Virus record (IMG/VR): IMGVR_UViG_2061766007_000865
Length of the DNA: 64,000 nucleotides
Source of the DNA: an uncultured virus (IMG/VR IMGVR_UViG_2061766007_000865)
Taxonomy: Duplodnaviria; Heunggongvirae; Uroviricota; Caudoviricetes
Direction: 5' to 3' (one strand)
A program made the translations under genes and the position numbers. Under the pieces are notes generated by a model that saw nothing but the letters and a program-made list of their open reading frames with translations, was not told where the DNA came from and made no database searches. The stretch's first letter is position 1, and every line of letters starts with the position of its first letter. Of the stretch, positions 10,849-24,031 are shown one piece after another.

Positions 10849-11757
10849 TTACATTTCCATATTCTCAATCATATCGTATACGTGAGTGAACACAACCGCA
10901 GCGAGTGTGGGTTTAAGCTGAACAACCTTGTTCCAATTAAGGAAGAACTGATTTTCGTTTTTGTCAATGAACCACAACTGCACACGCAGCACATCATCGT
11001 TGGGGTCAACACGGAGTGACAACAAGTCGCCAACCTTGTTACCTATCTTAATGTTCTCACAGAATGGAGTTGGTAACTTTGGATAGTTAACAAAACAAAC
11101 TCCGTCAAACTCACCTGTGGCAATAATATAAAATGCCATCAATGCTTCAGCGCCTATTGTAATTTCCTTATTCATCTTGCTTTTGTTTTTGACAGAGTAT
11201 ACTTTTGCAAATTCTTGTTGAAATCTGCTTTAACTTGTTTCATTGTTTTCCTCTCAATTGGTTTATACTGAGGATGCCACCAAGGGTATCTATCTTCACC
11301 CATAATCTTATTATATTAATCTTCCTTTACTGATACAACTCTTTCACATATTCCAATTTCCTCTGCTTGAAATTTCTTACGTACCTCTTCTGCTGATTCA
11401 GCATATCTGTGAACACTTTGCTCCAATCCTGCTGCATAGGTGTTCTTTTCGATGTAGGTAATTAAGAATCGTTTCATAACCTTATTATATTATTGTGATT
11501 CTACAATTTCCTACTTGATGATGTGTCACCTTATTATATTTAAGTGTGACCTTATTGATGTCTCGGTCTTTGAAAGCAATCTCAAAGCACAAGCAGCCAC
11601 GCAGCCATTGTAGTGGGGTCTTGCAGTCAATAGACCTCTCAACGAAGTCATATTTGGCTACACTTTCGCCATCGTACATCAGTTCAATGCTATCACCGCA
11701 TTTAAGCTGCTTATCAATCTTTTTAATTTCTTGTTCTAATTTCTTTTGCATAATCAT
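10849..11757 (-). CDS. hypothetical genes (10849..11175, 11485..11757 and small ORFs between)
   Basis: ORF track; promoter at 11772. Confidence 0.6.
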
Positions 11758-11848
11758 TATTGTTTTGTTGGTGCAAAGTTACGAAATTAATTTGAAATAG
11801 CCAAGAAAAAAGGGAAGAATTTTCATTCTCCCCTTAAATTTTAACATT

Positions 11849-12160
11849 TTAATATCTTCTAAACAAGTTAGATGCTTCGTTGTTCAATATATTACCATCA
11901 TGGTGGCAAATGCGAGTATAATATTTACCTGTGGTAGTTTCGAAATCATAATGCTTACAGAAATGGTCGTAAACAATGTGGGACACTGTAAGCTGCACCT
12001 TATCGAACCAACCACAATTACCATGCAAGAATACTTGTGGGTGCTTATGGCTCTTTGTAGGCTTGGTAGATAGAATGTGACCACTCTTACGATTTCTTAT
12101 TCTGCCCTTGTTCGATACCTCATAGTTAGGATTGAACGTTATAACTTTCCACTCTTCCAT
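11849..12160 (-). CDS. NUMOD4 + HNH endonuclease
   Basis: MEEWKVI..NYEVSNKGRIRN (NUMOD4) and HHDGNILNNEASNL (HNH). Confidence 0.85.
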   Translation of the reverse strand: MEEWKVITFNPNYEVSNKGRIRNRKSGHILSTKPTKSHKHPQVFLHGNCGWFDKVQLTVSHIVYDHFCKHYDFETTTGKYYTRICHHDGNILNNEASNLFRRY

Positions 12161-12164
12161 ATTA

Positions 12165-14360
12165 TTACTTCTTTTTTCGTTTATTTCTTGCTGCTTCAAT
12201 CTCATTGTAATAGAACAATTCAATCTTGTAATGCTCCTTAATCATCTTGCAGAGCATATCACATTGTCGTAATGTTACCTCATAATAGTCACGAATGTAA
12301 TCAGAGAAATACTCATAAGGGCTACCATTGCCACTTGGCATATACTCTATCTTCCACTTCTCACCAAACTTCTTAATAAGGTCATCGAAGATGTCCTTTG
12401 TTGGTCTAACTTGTTTACTTATCCATCCCATAGTTTTTCTGTTTTATGCCCAACGTCTCCAATATGGTTCTGCACCTCTAAATCCAAAGTACTCACGAAC
12501 ACGATGTTCTGTCGCATCACAATCAGCAACATAGAATGTGGCTCTCATATCCCACTTTCCACGCTTCTCAACTCCATTGTTATATACCTCACCTACAAGG
12601 TTTTCCTTTGGAGTTTTCCAAATGACGAGTAATGCCCCATCATCTTCTCTTTTAAACATTGAAATCTTAACCATATCTAATCTCTTTTTATTTGTTTATT
12701 TCTTTGACATAATGCAAGTAAACTCGTCTTGACTGTCAACCCCATATAGAGTAGCACTTCCACTTGTTCGCTGATAAGCAGCAAAAGCGTCTTGATAGCA
12801 CTCATAGTTGTTTACTCCAAACTCTTTCGCCAACTGATAATAATCATACTTCCTTGCCATAATCTCTTATCTTTAATTGTTCTTATTTCTATGGTGCAAA
12901 GGTACGAAAAAAAATTGGATTAACCAAATGATTAACCCAATTTCTTCCTGATATTATAGTTTTTTAACTCTTTGACAAGTCATAGTGGCGATTGACAGAT
13001 TTAATCTGCATCTTCAACTCACGTAGGTCTTTCTGATAGCCACGAACTTTCTCACGACCCTCGATAAGAGCCTTTGTGAGTTTGTTGAACTCCTCGGTAC
13101 GTTTCTCCTTTTCGGCAGTCCAAATAGGAGTAATCTTCTCACGGATAGCCTTGTTAGCTTCCTCACGATGGTTCAGAGATTTACGAATCTCAACCTGCTT
13201 GGTGCGTATGGTACGCATCGTAGTCAAATCATTTGCCATATACTTTACCTTTATTATTTGTTACTTATTCGTTTTCAGCGTCAACAACTTCATGTGTCAC
13301 ATAATGACTGAAATCCGATGTGTAGTCATAAGGATTCTTACCAATCATGTTGTCCACCTTACTCATTGCATCATCCTCATTCTCAGCCTCAACACGAACT
13401 GACTTTGACATTGTGATGTCAACATTTACATAAAAAACTGCCATATCTATTCTCCTTTTTATTTGTTATTTGATGGTGCAAAGATACGAAATTCCCTTGA
13501 ATTAGCCAAGCGAATTAACATTTTTAACATCCAATGAGTGGTGTTTCCTCAATGCCAAACTCATAGTTCTTCATGCTTGCATACTTATAATGCACAATGG
13601 AACTTGCAATCTCATTTGAATGTATGGAAGCCATAGAATTACTTCCAAATACAGACTTTATTTCATTGCTAATCGCCACCTTCACACTTGGGTCACGCAT
13701 ATCCTTATCAGACGGAATAGCACACAAACACCCCTTCGTATTATCCTCAGTGTCCACATAATAGACTACCTTAATATTCTTACTCATATTTCTTCTTTGA
13801 CTTCAAGTTTTGTATAACAGAAACTAATACCACCTTTTGCGAATGGCGGCCTTTTCTTGAACTTCTTCAATGCCTCGTCAGCATTTTCAGCCTCTATTAT
13901 CTTCCACCCACCTTTGTTACATTTCTCTGGTTGGGTGATTTCCACCTCGTATGTGACACGATATTTACTCATACCAATCGTTTGCCACATCATCAGTTTC
14001 AAAAATACACTCTGCAATTAACTGATTGCGCTCTGCTTCATCAGTTACGTTATCAAGAATACCACCATAAGGGGAAAGATACTTACCAATTGCGTCTGCG
14101 TCATACTCAGTCACATCTGTTTCACTCTGATACCAATCAGCGATTGTGGTGCGGTCATTCAGAACTGAAAGCAAATGCTTGTTGCCCAAGTGGAATGTCT
14201 CAACGAATTTCTTCAAATCCTCATTCTTTAACTGAATGTACTCAAACTCCGTGTCGCTAATCTTACGGCAGAACTGACATTCATCTGGGTCTGTGCATAC
14301 CCACTCTTCCACATCAAAGTGAATCGTGTTGTCCTTGTTGAATTTGTTGTTAAACCACAT
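12165..14360 (-). CDS. hypothetical genes 12165..12431, 12444..12674, 12964..13239, 13524..13787, ~13784..13970, 13965..14360
   Basis: ORF track with promoters at 12895, 13476, 14391. Confidence 0.65.
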
Positions 14361-14451
14361 AATCTAATCTCCTTTTCTTTTTAATTGTGGTGCAAAGATA
14401 CGAAAAAATCTCGAAACCGCCAAACGATTTCGAGATTTTAACACTTGTTAA

Positions 14452-14862
14452 TTATGCTGTCATTTCAACAAATTTCTTTCTAAATTCAAATGGGTTTTCA
14501 ATACAACCAATTACCTCTTTACTTCCACCAGTTCCAGTGACAATCACACTACCCATGCCAAGCATTCTACTAAAGACACCTTGTGTTACTTGTACACTCT
14601 CAATTTTTCCGATATTCTGTTCAAATGTATGCTTACCAATAACACCATGCTTTGCGATAATACGTTTGTTGGTAATAACCAACTCAATGTTTTTGAGAAC
14701 AAAATAGTACCACACAAGCACAAGAATTGTGCCAATAAAGTAAGTGAATAATCCTACGATAAGTGCAAGGATAACTGGGGCAATCCAAGCAGCCCAATGT
14801 ACCTTAGCCTCATAAACAACACTCTCATCCTTAACCAAATTAGAATTTACAAAATTTCCCAT
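14452..14862 (-). CDS. membrane protein with bacterial PH (bPH_2) domain
   Basis: Two TM segments, then ELVITNKRII.KHG..IESVQV.Q....RMLGMGSVIV.GTG. Confidence 0.85.
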   Translation of the reverse strand: MGNFVNSNLVKDESVVYEAKVHWAAWIAPVILALIVGLFTYFIGTILVLVWYYFVLKNIELVITNKRIIAKHGVIGKHTFEQNIGKIESVQVTQGVFSRMLGMGSVIVTGTGGSKEVIGCIENPFEFRKKFVEMTA

Positions 14863-14894
14863 ACTTTTTAATGTTTTATAATGTTACTTTGTTT

Positions 14895-15266
14895 TTAATT
14901 TCTGCAATCAATCATTATTGTTCCAGCTTGGCAACGATATACTTTATTTACTTTATAGTTATTTTTATAATGCGTTTCCAAATCTTTCCTTAGTTTTTCA
15001 TATTCTTCATCAGTTGCATAACGTTCAATTCTAACGTTTACCAATCTACCAATAGGGAACACTTTGTACTCCATATCTTTAGTGTACTTTGTGTATTCCA
15101 CGCCACCCAAGATACCATAGCTTGTATAAGTGCCATACAAACTATTAACAACATTGTCTGTGATTTCAAAAAGTTCTTTGTGCTTAACTTCATTGATTTG
15201 GTCACAACTTGCGACCCCAACAACCATTGTCATAAGGCAGACAATCACCATAATAAACTTCTTCAT
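14895..15266 (-). CDS. putative lipoprotein
   Basis: MKKFIMVIVCLMTMVVGVASC lipobox signal. Confidence 0.75.
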   Translation of the reverse strand: MKKFIMVIVCLMTMVVGVASCDQINEVKHKELFEITDNVVNSLYGTYTSYGILGGVEYTKYTKDMEYKVFPIGRLVNVRIERYATDEEYEKLRKDLETHYKNNYKVNKVYRCQAGTIMIDCRN

Positions 15267-15346
15267 AATCTTCATCTTTTTAATTGTGATGCAAAGGTAC
15301 GAAAAAATCTCGAAACCACCAAATGATTTCGAGATTTTAACACTTG

Positions 15347-15511
15347 TTAAGTTGACAAGAGGATATAATTCAAGATAAACCCACAAAGGGCGCACCACAA
15401 ATACGTTTTAGGGTTATCGACCTTATCTTTCTGTACAAAGTAACAGATAACTCCCACAATGGGAATCAAGAATGAAAATACGCAACCAAAAACTCCAACT
15501 TTCTTTTTCAT
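15347..15511 (-). CDS. small two-TM membrane protein (54 aa, absent from the ORF track)
   Basis: MKKKVGVFGCVFSFLIPIVGVICYF..YLWCALCGFILNYILLST. Confidence 0.65.
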   Translation of the reverse strand: MKKKVGVFGCVFSFLIPIVGVICYFVQKDKVDNPKTYLWCALCGFILNYILLST

Positions 15512-15871
15512 TATTTTTAATTTATATTAATTACTTCTTTAAAAGCCTTTTCATACTTTGGAAGGTCTTGAATGGGGATATATGCCCAACCTTGAACATA
15601 TTCCCTATAACGTTGTGCCATTGCTCTCTTATTGCTCATAATAAAACCTTATCAGTTGGTGAACGAGCCACGAAATAAAGATTGCCCATTGTAACACACC
15701 TATGCCCAAGGCATCTGTGATTGCTTGACCACTTATAGATGTGAACTCTAATTGTCCATTGGTCTAATCTATGTCTGAGAGTGTCCAACACATCACCCCA
15801 AATTGCAATGTCATTGATATGCTTTGGGTCTGAGTTGTTATACTCAATTGTCATACTATATGTCATATTAC

Positions 15872-16246
15872 TTATACTATTGGTTTGACTTCAAATTTGC
15901 ACCAATGATGCGATTGCACTTTTGACACACCTTTCTCCCTTGCTTCCTCTGGAGTATCAAACGCTGACCAAGAGTATGCACCAATTTCACCTCGCACACC
16001 ATACCAAGGCTTTACATAGCCTATCAGTTGAACCTTCTTACCCTTGAAAAGTATTGGGTTGACTTCAATTGGGTTGACTTCAAATTTGCACCACTTACGT
16101 GATTGCACCTTTGACACGCCTTCCTCCCTCGCTTCCTCTCGACTATCAAACGTTAACCGAGCGTATGGCACAATCTCACCTGGCGCACCATACCGAGGCT
16201 TTACATAGCCTACTAATTGAACCTTCTCACTACTTTTCTTAGCCAT
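15872..16246 (-). CDS. hypothetical protein made of two tandem ~55-aa repeats
   Basis: KVQL(V/I)GYVKP.YG..GEI..Y....FD..EEARE.GVSKVQS..WCKFEV.PI twice. Confidence 0.8.
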   Translation of the reverse strand: MAKKSSEKVQLVGYVKPRYGAPGEIVPYARLTFDSREEAREEGVSKVQSRKWCKFEVNPIEVNPILFKGKKVQLIGYVKPWYGVRGEIGAYSWSAFDTPEEAREKGVSKVQSHHWCKFEVKPIV

Positions 16247-16391
16247 ATCCCCTATCTTTCTAATTATGGTGCAAAGATACGAAATTATTTTCAATTGACA
16301 AAGAAATAAGTGTTAATAAAACTAAACTGGGTGATGCCTCTCAACACCACCCAATCAAACATTCACATACTTAATTTCAAAGGTGCTAGAG

Positions 16392-17284
16392 TTACCATTC
16401 TTCACAGAATTTCACTTCCACAGATGTATCTTTAATTCCTTGACTTAAAAGGTAATCACTAATCGTCTTATTCAAGCCATCTTCCAACTTCTTGGGGTCT
16501 TTAATTGCCTTGCGCATTGTGTGAGTATATATCTCAAACTTCTCACGAAACTTACATTCCTTTGCAGCAAGTTCCTCATAGTTATTATAATCACCACTTG
16601 AAAGCAGCCCAGCCCACGAATGGAAATTCGCATCTACCAACCTATCCTCAAGCAGTAGCTTAATCTTCTTTGAAGCCTTTTGGTGTTCTCGCATCACCCT
16701 AATAAGAGAATCATAGCCATAAGCCCACTCACACTTGCGATTTGGGGCATGGACATACTTCTCACGTTCCGCATCTGAAAAATAGATGGAATCATCAGCA
16801 ATATAGTTGTCGATGCACTTCTTAATATCATCAACGCTCTTAACATGAGGATATGGAGTGTATGCCTTGCTTGGGCAATTTTCATCACCCTCCTTGCAAA
16901 ATTCAAGGTATGACTCCCTCTTTGTCTCATACTGACGAGACATCATATAACGATTGTCCCACTTGTCATACCAATGATGAACTGCCAACACATAAATGAT
17001 GGAGAAACCTTTGTAACTCCCTTTCTTGTGTCTGCTTTTTGTAATTCCGTCTGACTTGCTCATAATATAATCTCCTTTTAAATTATTTTCCAATCCCTGT
17101 AAATATGCTCATATTCCTTTTCGTTATCTGCTTCTTTAAGCAAAGATAACGTCTTGTTATATTCACGTTTGCCAACCTTATTAAACCCATTAAGCCCATA
17201 GTCTAAGAAAGACTTACAATGTTCTATTAACCCAAAAATTATGAGTTTTCTTTCGTTTTTAGTAAAAGCACTAAATCTATCCAT
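16392..17284 (-). CDS. hypothetical genes 16392..17063 and 17078..17284
   Basis: ORFs with AGGAGATT leaders. Confidence 0.7.
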
Positions 17285-17367
17285 AATCTAATCTCCTATA
17301 CTTTTTAATTGTGATGCAAATATACGAAATTATTTTCAATCTACCAAATTTTTTAATATAAAAATTA

Positions 17368-17700
17368 CCTCATCCGTTACGATTTAACTCTCGTTAACAG
17401 ATGAGGCTAGAAAGGAGATTGACCGAATGATATACCAAAAGGTAAGACATGGGGGGTTTGTTTGAGGCGAACCTTATCCCCTCTTTGCGATGGATGCCTA
17501 TCCCCATCTTTCAACACATTCTTACCTTATATTTTAAAATGTGGGAAAGATGATGCAATTTGAAAACTATCGTACAGGACGTATTATCGTCAAATTTTCT
17601 TTGCTTAGTGCAGCCGCAGGGACTATTAGCCATCTTCTTGTTGCACCACCATCACCAATCTGCGCAGAACCTTGATGATGTTTTGACCCACGATTTTGTT
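17368..17700 (-). ncRNA. candidate structured non-coding RNA(s)
   Basis: No long ORF behind promoter 17749; stems AAGGTAAGA/TCTTACCTT, GTGGG/CCCAC, CCTCATC/GATGAGG. Confidence 0.4.
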
Positions 17701-17795
17701 TTTACCAAATAAATTTCTTCATAATGCTATTGTTATTTTGTTTTACGATGCAAAGATACGAAATTATTTTTAATTAGCCAAGGAAATTAACGTAT

Positions 17796-20700
17796 TTAAC
17801 ATTTCCTTATTTCGTGTACCAAGTCATTATTGAATTTGCCTTGCACAAAGTCGCAAGAACTGAATGACATGGAATAAGGTATGTGATATATACAAATCCT
17901 ATCATTCACATACTTTCTATTCAGTTTCTTTGCTGCATTGATGGCACACCCTAACCTAATATAAGCCTTAGTATCGTTGAAGTAACACCAAGCCATCTTA
18001 TTATTGGTTTGTAGGAAATGTGGTATACCATTATACCATAATACTATTATATAACACTTATTCATATTAATCAATCATATAATCAACAATGCCATTTCTT
18101 TTAGCATATTCCTTTGCCCTTTTATCTGTTGGGAAATAGCGCAACTCAATTGTTACGCCATCACTCCAATAGATATGCAATGTTACCTTACTAGCCATGA
18201 TGTTCCATGTTTAATAGTCTCTCAATCTCTCTCTCGCAAGTTTCCATTGATGTCCAATTATTTGAACCACCACGATAATCCTTTTCATTTGCAGCCGTTC
18301 TGCAAAGCATAGGACAAAGTGCCCCATAATCATATATGCTTCGTGCTTTCAACTCAACGTGTGTGCGATTGCCACAATTGCTATAACTGAAATACACATA
18401 TCTGTCGTCTCGCTTGATAAAGCCACTCATATCATAGTGACCATAAGACTGATTGACCAACTCACCACCCAATGATTTTGCTATCTTACGCATAGCGTTG
18501 AAGAAAGCCACTTGAAATGAATGAAACTCCTTTGATACGTAGCAACCATCGTCCTCTAAAGTACGACCATTCCACTTTCTGATAAATGCTTGAATATTTG
18601 CTGCCATAATTTTTAATTGTTATTTGTTGATGCAAAGATACGAAATTCCCAGCACATAGCCAAATTTATTAACGCTTTTTAACAAAAAAGCGGTGGCTAG
18701 GCTTTGATTGATTACCTAGTCACCACGTCAAAACAAAAAGATTACGACTATGAGTATTTTTCTATTAACTCCACAAACGCAAGAGGATACGTTCCTTTCT
18801 TAGATGCTTCATTTGTCATCTTATCCAAGTTCTTTTCAACGAACTCAGCAAGAATGTCATGCACTTTCTTCTCATACTTGAACTGAGGAATAGTGATGGT
18901 TGCGTTTGTCTTGCCCCTAACGCTATTTAAAGCCCTATGGATTAGTTTCTCTTGCCACGGCTGATTATACTTCGCCTTAAGGATTTTCTCCACGATACCG
19001 AGGATAGAAAGACCGCTATCCTTATAATATGCCTTGCACATCTGAAAGTTCAAGAGCAAGTCAGCCTTTTTCTTATAGGCTGCAAGCAACTTCTCATTTC
19101 TACTCTGTGCTTCTAACTGCTTTCTTACTTTTGAATTGCTCATATTCTTAATCTTTTTTTGTTTAACAATGCAAAGGTACGAAATTAATTTGAATTGACC
19201 AAATATTTTTGGAAGTTTTTTTTTTAAAAATTCTTCAACCTCTTATTAATCAAGTCAAATATTCGGCAGCACTCTGCAAAATCAGACCAACCAAACTCGC
19301 CACTATTATCTTCATCATAGATTGGCAAGAACTTTGGGTTACTTGGGTCATAGTCACGTTGGTGGCAATAGCCTGGTACATCTTTTCCGTTATGGTTTAC
19401 AACATAGAACCAATGATTACCAATATGTATCGGCTTTGCTGCAATACACTTAATATTACTTGTAACACCTACAATTATATTGTGCTTAACCTCATTGAAG
19501 TTATTCAAAGCGTTTGCATATGTGTTGGTATATCTCTCCACAATCCTTAATGCTTTTAGTAAATAAATGTATATGTTGCTACCTCAACGTCAATACCATT
19601 TTCCTTAATGTAAGTATCTTCGATACTCATTTCGATATTCCAATAGTCTCCCTTAAAGTTCTTTTCGAATTTATCGAATATCCAGTGTTTAACATCATAA
19701 ATGTCATCACGCACATTACCCCACTCGTGGTTTCCCTTTACAGTCAAAACCATTTTGGTTTTCTTCTCTCCGTATCCGTTGGTGATAGTCTTCTTCAAGA
19801 CTTTCTTCACCTCAACAGAACCATAACCTGCGAAATGTTTTACTCTCATAATCTGAATCTCCTTTTATTTATTATTGTTGGTGCAAAGTTACGAAATTAT
19901 TTTCAATCTACAAAGCAAATTAACGTTTTTAACATATATGAAGAATAAGAAAGGGTTTGGTTACTCCCCAATAACCAAACCCACATGATTTAAAAAGGTT
20001 ATCTCCTTAAAAATGGTTTGAAACCTCCCTCTAAAGTTTCAAGCCATATATAAATATCTATTTACTCATCTTTTTGCATGACAATTGCCATTTTCTTCAT
20101 TGACATTAACTCATCATCGTCAACTTGTGGGTCATACTTCAAATCTATTTTCATCTTCTGATATTTCAAGTGCATGGCATATAACTGCTCATACTCTGCC
20201 TTGACCTTTGGGTATTGCACATTTGCTTCCCACCAAAGATAGAACTTAATCTCATCGAGAATCTTTTTCAAGTCAGAGATGAACAAATCTTCAAGTTCAA
20301 TCTTCTCAACAGAACGTCCAGTCAATCGGTTATAATAGATTGGGAACTTCTTAATCACTGGGCCATACTCTGTGTTATCCTCATTGTTGGTGTACTGAAC
20401 AAAGCAACTCACATAGAGATACTTCTTTGTTATAACACTATAAGGTCTTTCGCCAACACCAATCTTTGGGTGTACCTTATTGCAATATGCGTCAGAGAAA
20501 ATAAACTTCCTACCACCAACAATCTTTCTGATGTCAGCGAGTAACTTATCTTGCTTTTCCTTTAACTCAATGTTTTTGCCGAATACCATAATCTTACTTG
20601 TTTGAAAGTTCTTTTTCAATTTTTGCAATCTCACAACGTAGCCATTCAGCAGTACCCTCTTCGTGGTCTTTATCAGTCAGCATTTCTTTAAGCATCGCTT

Positions 20701-21406
20701 GATACTTATTGAGTTTTTTAATCAACTCGTCTCTCATTAATTCCTTGTACATAACCTTATCTTTTTAATTGTGTTGCAAAGTTACGAAAAAAATCTGAAT
20801 TAACCAAATAATCCAGATTTTTTTAATATATTTTAAGAACTACTTCTTGGTGATATTGAAATGCTCTACTATGTCAGCCAAATCTCTTTCCTCGATATAG
20901 ACACCGCAAGTCTCCTTAATCTGTGTCTGCAAATCGACCACATTCTTAGCCTTTTCACTTGGTTTGAACGTTACGTAGTTCATAAAGATAACCTTATCAT
21001 CTTTGGCAGTGAAATTGCCATAATTGCAGTTATTATTCCAAAAGTTAAGATTGGTAGCATTGAAACCATAACGTCTGTAAACGTAATGCCCCATATCCTT
21101 GTCATCATTCTTTCTGTTTACCAATCCAAGCTTGGTGAAACCAACCTCACTCATTGGAATGTAAAGAGAATAAACACCACCCTTATGTCTAATGGCAAAT
21201 ACTTCATTGCGAGTGTAATTAACCTTGTTGCGGAAATTAAAGTCACAATTAACTCGCATATCGAACTGCACACTATCAGTAAGGTCACAACGCACTACAT
21301 TACCCTTTTCATTGTAGAAAAAGATGTCTCCGTGCTTTAAGGTCAATCTCTGCATATCTATGTATGCAAAGTAGCCAATGTGCCAACGAATCCAAATGTT
21401 CATCAT
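17796..21406 (-). CDS. hypothetical genes 17796..18074, 18191..18607, 18748..19143, 19224..19541, 19556..19849, 20062..~20590, 20840..21406
   Basis: ORF track; most have their own promoter. Confidence 0.7.
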
Positions 21407-21540
21407 AATCTAATCTCCTATATTTGTTTGTGGTGCAAAGTTACGAAAAAAAACTGAATCTACCAAAAAAAATAGTGGAAAATGTCAGGATTGAAACAAT
21501 CTTTAACACTTTCCACTTGAAAAGGAGATTAAAATTAATG

Positions 21541-21620
21541 TACCCTAGGTCAGATTCGAACTGACAGACATAGACGTAGAATTTTAAGTCCCACCGATAT
21601 ACCAAATTCTCTACTAGGGC
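21541..21620 (-). tRNA. tRNA-Leu(TAA)
   Basis: GCCCTAG/CTAGGGT acceptor, A73, loop CTTAAAA, GTCAG-TTCGAAT-CTGAC T-arm, 11-nt variable region; CCA not encoded. Confidence 0.85.
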
Positions 21621-22310
21621 ATTAAAAAACCTCTCCTTATCTTTCACAGACGAGAGAGAGGTTGGATTTTAATACAAATAATAATTAAAAAATGTTTATT
21701 GAAATTATAATAACAAAAAAATTCGATTTTGTTTCTATTCAATGCCACAGAAAACCATAGCCTTTGTAATCTTATTGGTTGATAGTCTCCATGTTACAAC
21801 TCCCTCAGTGTGATAGTCATTCCAAGTTAATGATAACTTGTCATGCAAATCATCAATCCTTGTTAATTCTACCTTTTCGACCTTTGGAAGCACACACATA
21901 TTATCACTACCCTTAACACCAATGTTAAGAGCATTAAGCACACTTTCTGAATTCCGACCAATCGTCGTATTTCTGAAATTATTGTTTATCGCTTGTTTAA
22001 AGCACTCTCCAATCGTTTTCATAATGCAAAGATATAGATAAATATTGATAATTCCAAATTATTTGCGTTTTTTCTGATACCCTTTGAGTTTCTTTCTCTT
22101 TGGGTGAAATTCAGCACCCCCAATATAAGGATAAATATCCCTATAATCGGTAATCATTTCCAATTTCATTCGATATAGCATTTCAATATACTCCATAGTC
22201 AATCCTCTTCCAATTCTTTCATTTTGGTGGTGTAGTGTGGGTCACTTACAATGTCCCACACCATAACCACTATACAGAATAATATGAATAGTCCAAAGCA
22301 GTTCATAACC

Positions 22311-23141
22311 TTAATCCTTTTTAATTTCTTCGACAATACCCTTTGATGGGTCATAGTTATAGCCAAGTGCCTTTAACAGCACTGGACGAATCACCTCATC
22401 AAAGAATCCACGATAGCGACCATCGGTGTTTGCCTTGCCAAGGTCATTGTAGCACTCACAAGTCCAAGTGAGGAATCGTGGGAAGATGTCACTCCAAAAG
22501 GCAATGATTGTGCCCTTGATGTCCTCATCGTTGAAAGAGAGAATCTTGCCATCGTTGAGGTTGTGCCAAGATACGTAACGAATACCACGAGAAGCCATAG
22601 AATGTACCTTTGCCCATTCAGAGGGACACATCGACTTACGAAGGTCGAAAACATCACAATCACTCTTAAGGTCATAGATGTAGGAATCAGCGCCATATAT
22701 TGCGGCCTCTTCAATGAAGTCATTCCATAATGCAACCAACTGCGGAATGGTACACTTTTTCAGCGTTGAAAGAAGAGTGTTCCTCTCCAATGGATTGTAA
22801 CTATTGATGGTATGCTGACGAAGAAAACCCTCAACATTGTAGCCATTCTTAACAATGTACTCACGCATTTCCTCATCACTTGGTTTATCTGCCCAAGAAT
22901 ACTTGTCAATCTCTGCCTTGAAATCAACAAATGGGTCACGGAATACACCATCTTTGGTCTCGTAATCACTCATAAAATCGTTGAGGTCATAGACACATTC
23001 GTCACCGCCACAATCAGCGATATATTCAGCAATCTTTTCGTCAGAGGGATATTCCAAGCCCTTCTTACGACATTCCTCACGAATATACTTGCGGAATGTA
23101 AGAACCTTGTTCGCTTTCTCAATAATGTTTAAATCTGCCAT
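22311..23141 (-). CDS. hypothetical protein
   Basis: 276-aa ORF with promoter at 23178; internal PSDE..EYI repeat. Confidence 0.8.
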   Translation of the reverse strand: MADLNIIEKANKVLTFRKYIREECRKKGLEYPSDEKIAEYIADCGGDECVYDLNDFMSDYETKDGVFRDPFVDFKAEIDKYSWADKPSDEEMREYIVKNGYNVEGFLRQHTINSYNPLERNTLLSTLKKCTIPQLVALWNDFIEEAAIYGADSYIYDLKSDCDVFDLRKSMCPSEWAKVHSMASRGIRYVSWHNLNDGKILSFNDEDIKGTIIAFWSDIFPRFLTWTCECYNDLGKANTDGRYRGFFDEVIRPVLLKALGYNYDPSKGIVEEIKKD

Positions 23142-23215
23142 AATATAATCTCCTTATTAATTTATTTTGTTTGATGGTGCAAAGATACGAAATTATTTTC
23201 ACACCACCAAACCTT

Positions 23216-23614
23216 TTAACGTTTTTTATTTGGCTTTTTAACAACTTTTATCATTACCTTGCTTTTCTTAAAGTTCTGCTGAGATGGGTGCTGCAATATG
23301 TCAATGTAGTGGTTAAATCGCTCATTCATGGTGTCTCTCACCTCATAATAACCATGACCCTCGATGTGAATGATGCTACCCAAGGGGATGCACCAAAGCA
23401 AATCTCTGCTAACTGCTGCATACTTCAATTTGCCACTCTTGAGTTTCTTCAAGTCAATCTTTGTACCATCAGCAGTAATCAATGGTGTATCATCACACTG
23501 ACTTTTAACTGCATTGTACGTCGTTAATGTCACATGGGTAATAAACGGCTTATCCTCAGCATGGCAGATAGATGCCACCAATGCCATCATAAGGATAATA
23601 GATAATCTCTTCAT
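23216..23614 (-). CDS. secreted 3D-domain (MltA-like) protein
   Basis: Signal peptide; TTYN..TADG..AAVSRD..IPLGS.I.IEG..Y.VRDT..IDI. Confidence 0.85.
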   Translation of the reverse strand: MKRLSIILMMALVASICHAEDKPFITHVTLTTYNAVKSQCDDTPLITADGTKIDLKKLKSGKLKYAAVSRDLLWCIPLGSIIHIEGHGYYEVRDTMNERFNHYIDILQHPSQQNFKKSKVMIKVVKKPNKKR

Positions 23615-24031
23615 AGTCTTTCCTTTTTTAATCGTTAAATGTACAAACTAAGTTAAGACCACATAGTCACCAATGTTCTGTGAAATGCAGTTAGCCATCT
23701 GATAGCCGCATACCCAACCTGCCAACTTACTGCCATCTCGCAACCCTTCCCATGCTTGGTGAAGTTCGTTACATTCATCGTCAGATGACATTAGCACCAT
23801 CTTTTTGCCATTGCCCAACTCTTGTTGTTCCTTGCACATCCTTGCAAGTTCGTCAATTGTAATTCCTTCCATAATCTTTTCTTTTTAATTGTTTCTACGA
23901 TGCAAAGATACGAAAAAATAACGAACCAGCCAAGAAAAAAATGTTAAAAAAACACAATTGGGACATGTTTCACAACATATCCCAATGCAACTAAAAAACC
24001 TAAAATTCAAACTTATGGAAAAACGAGCATT

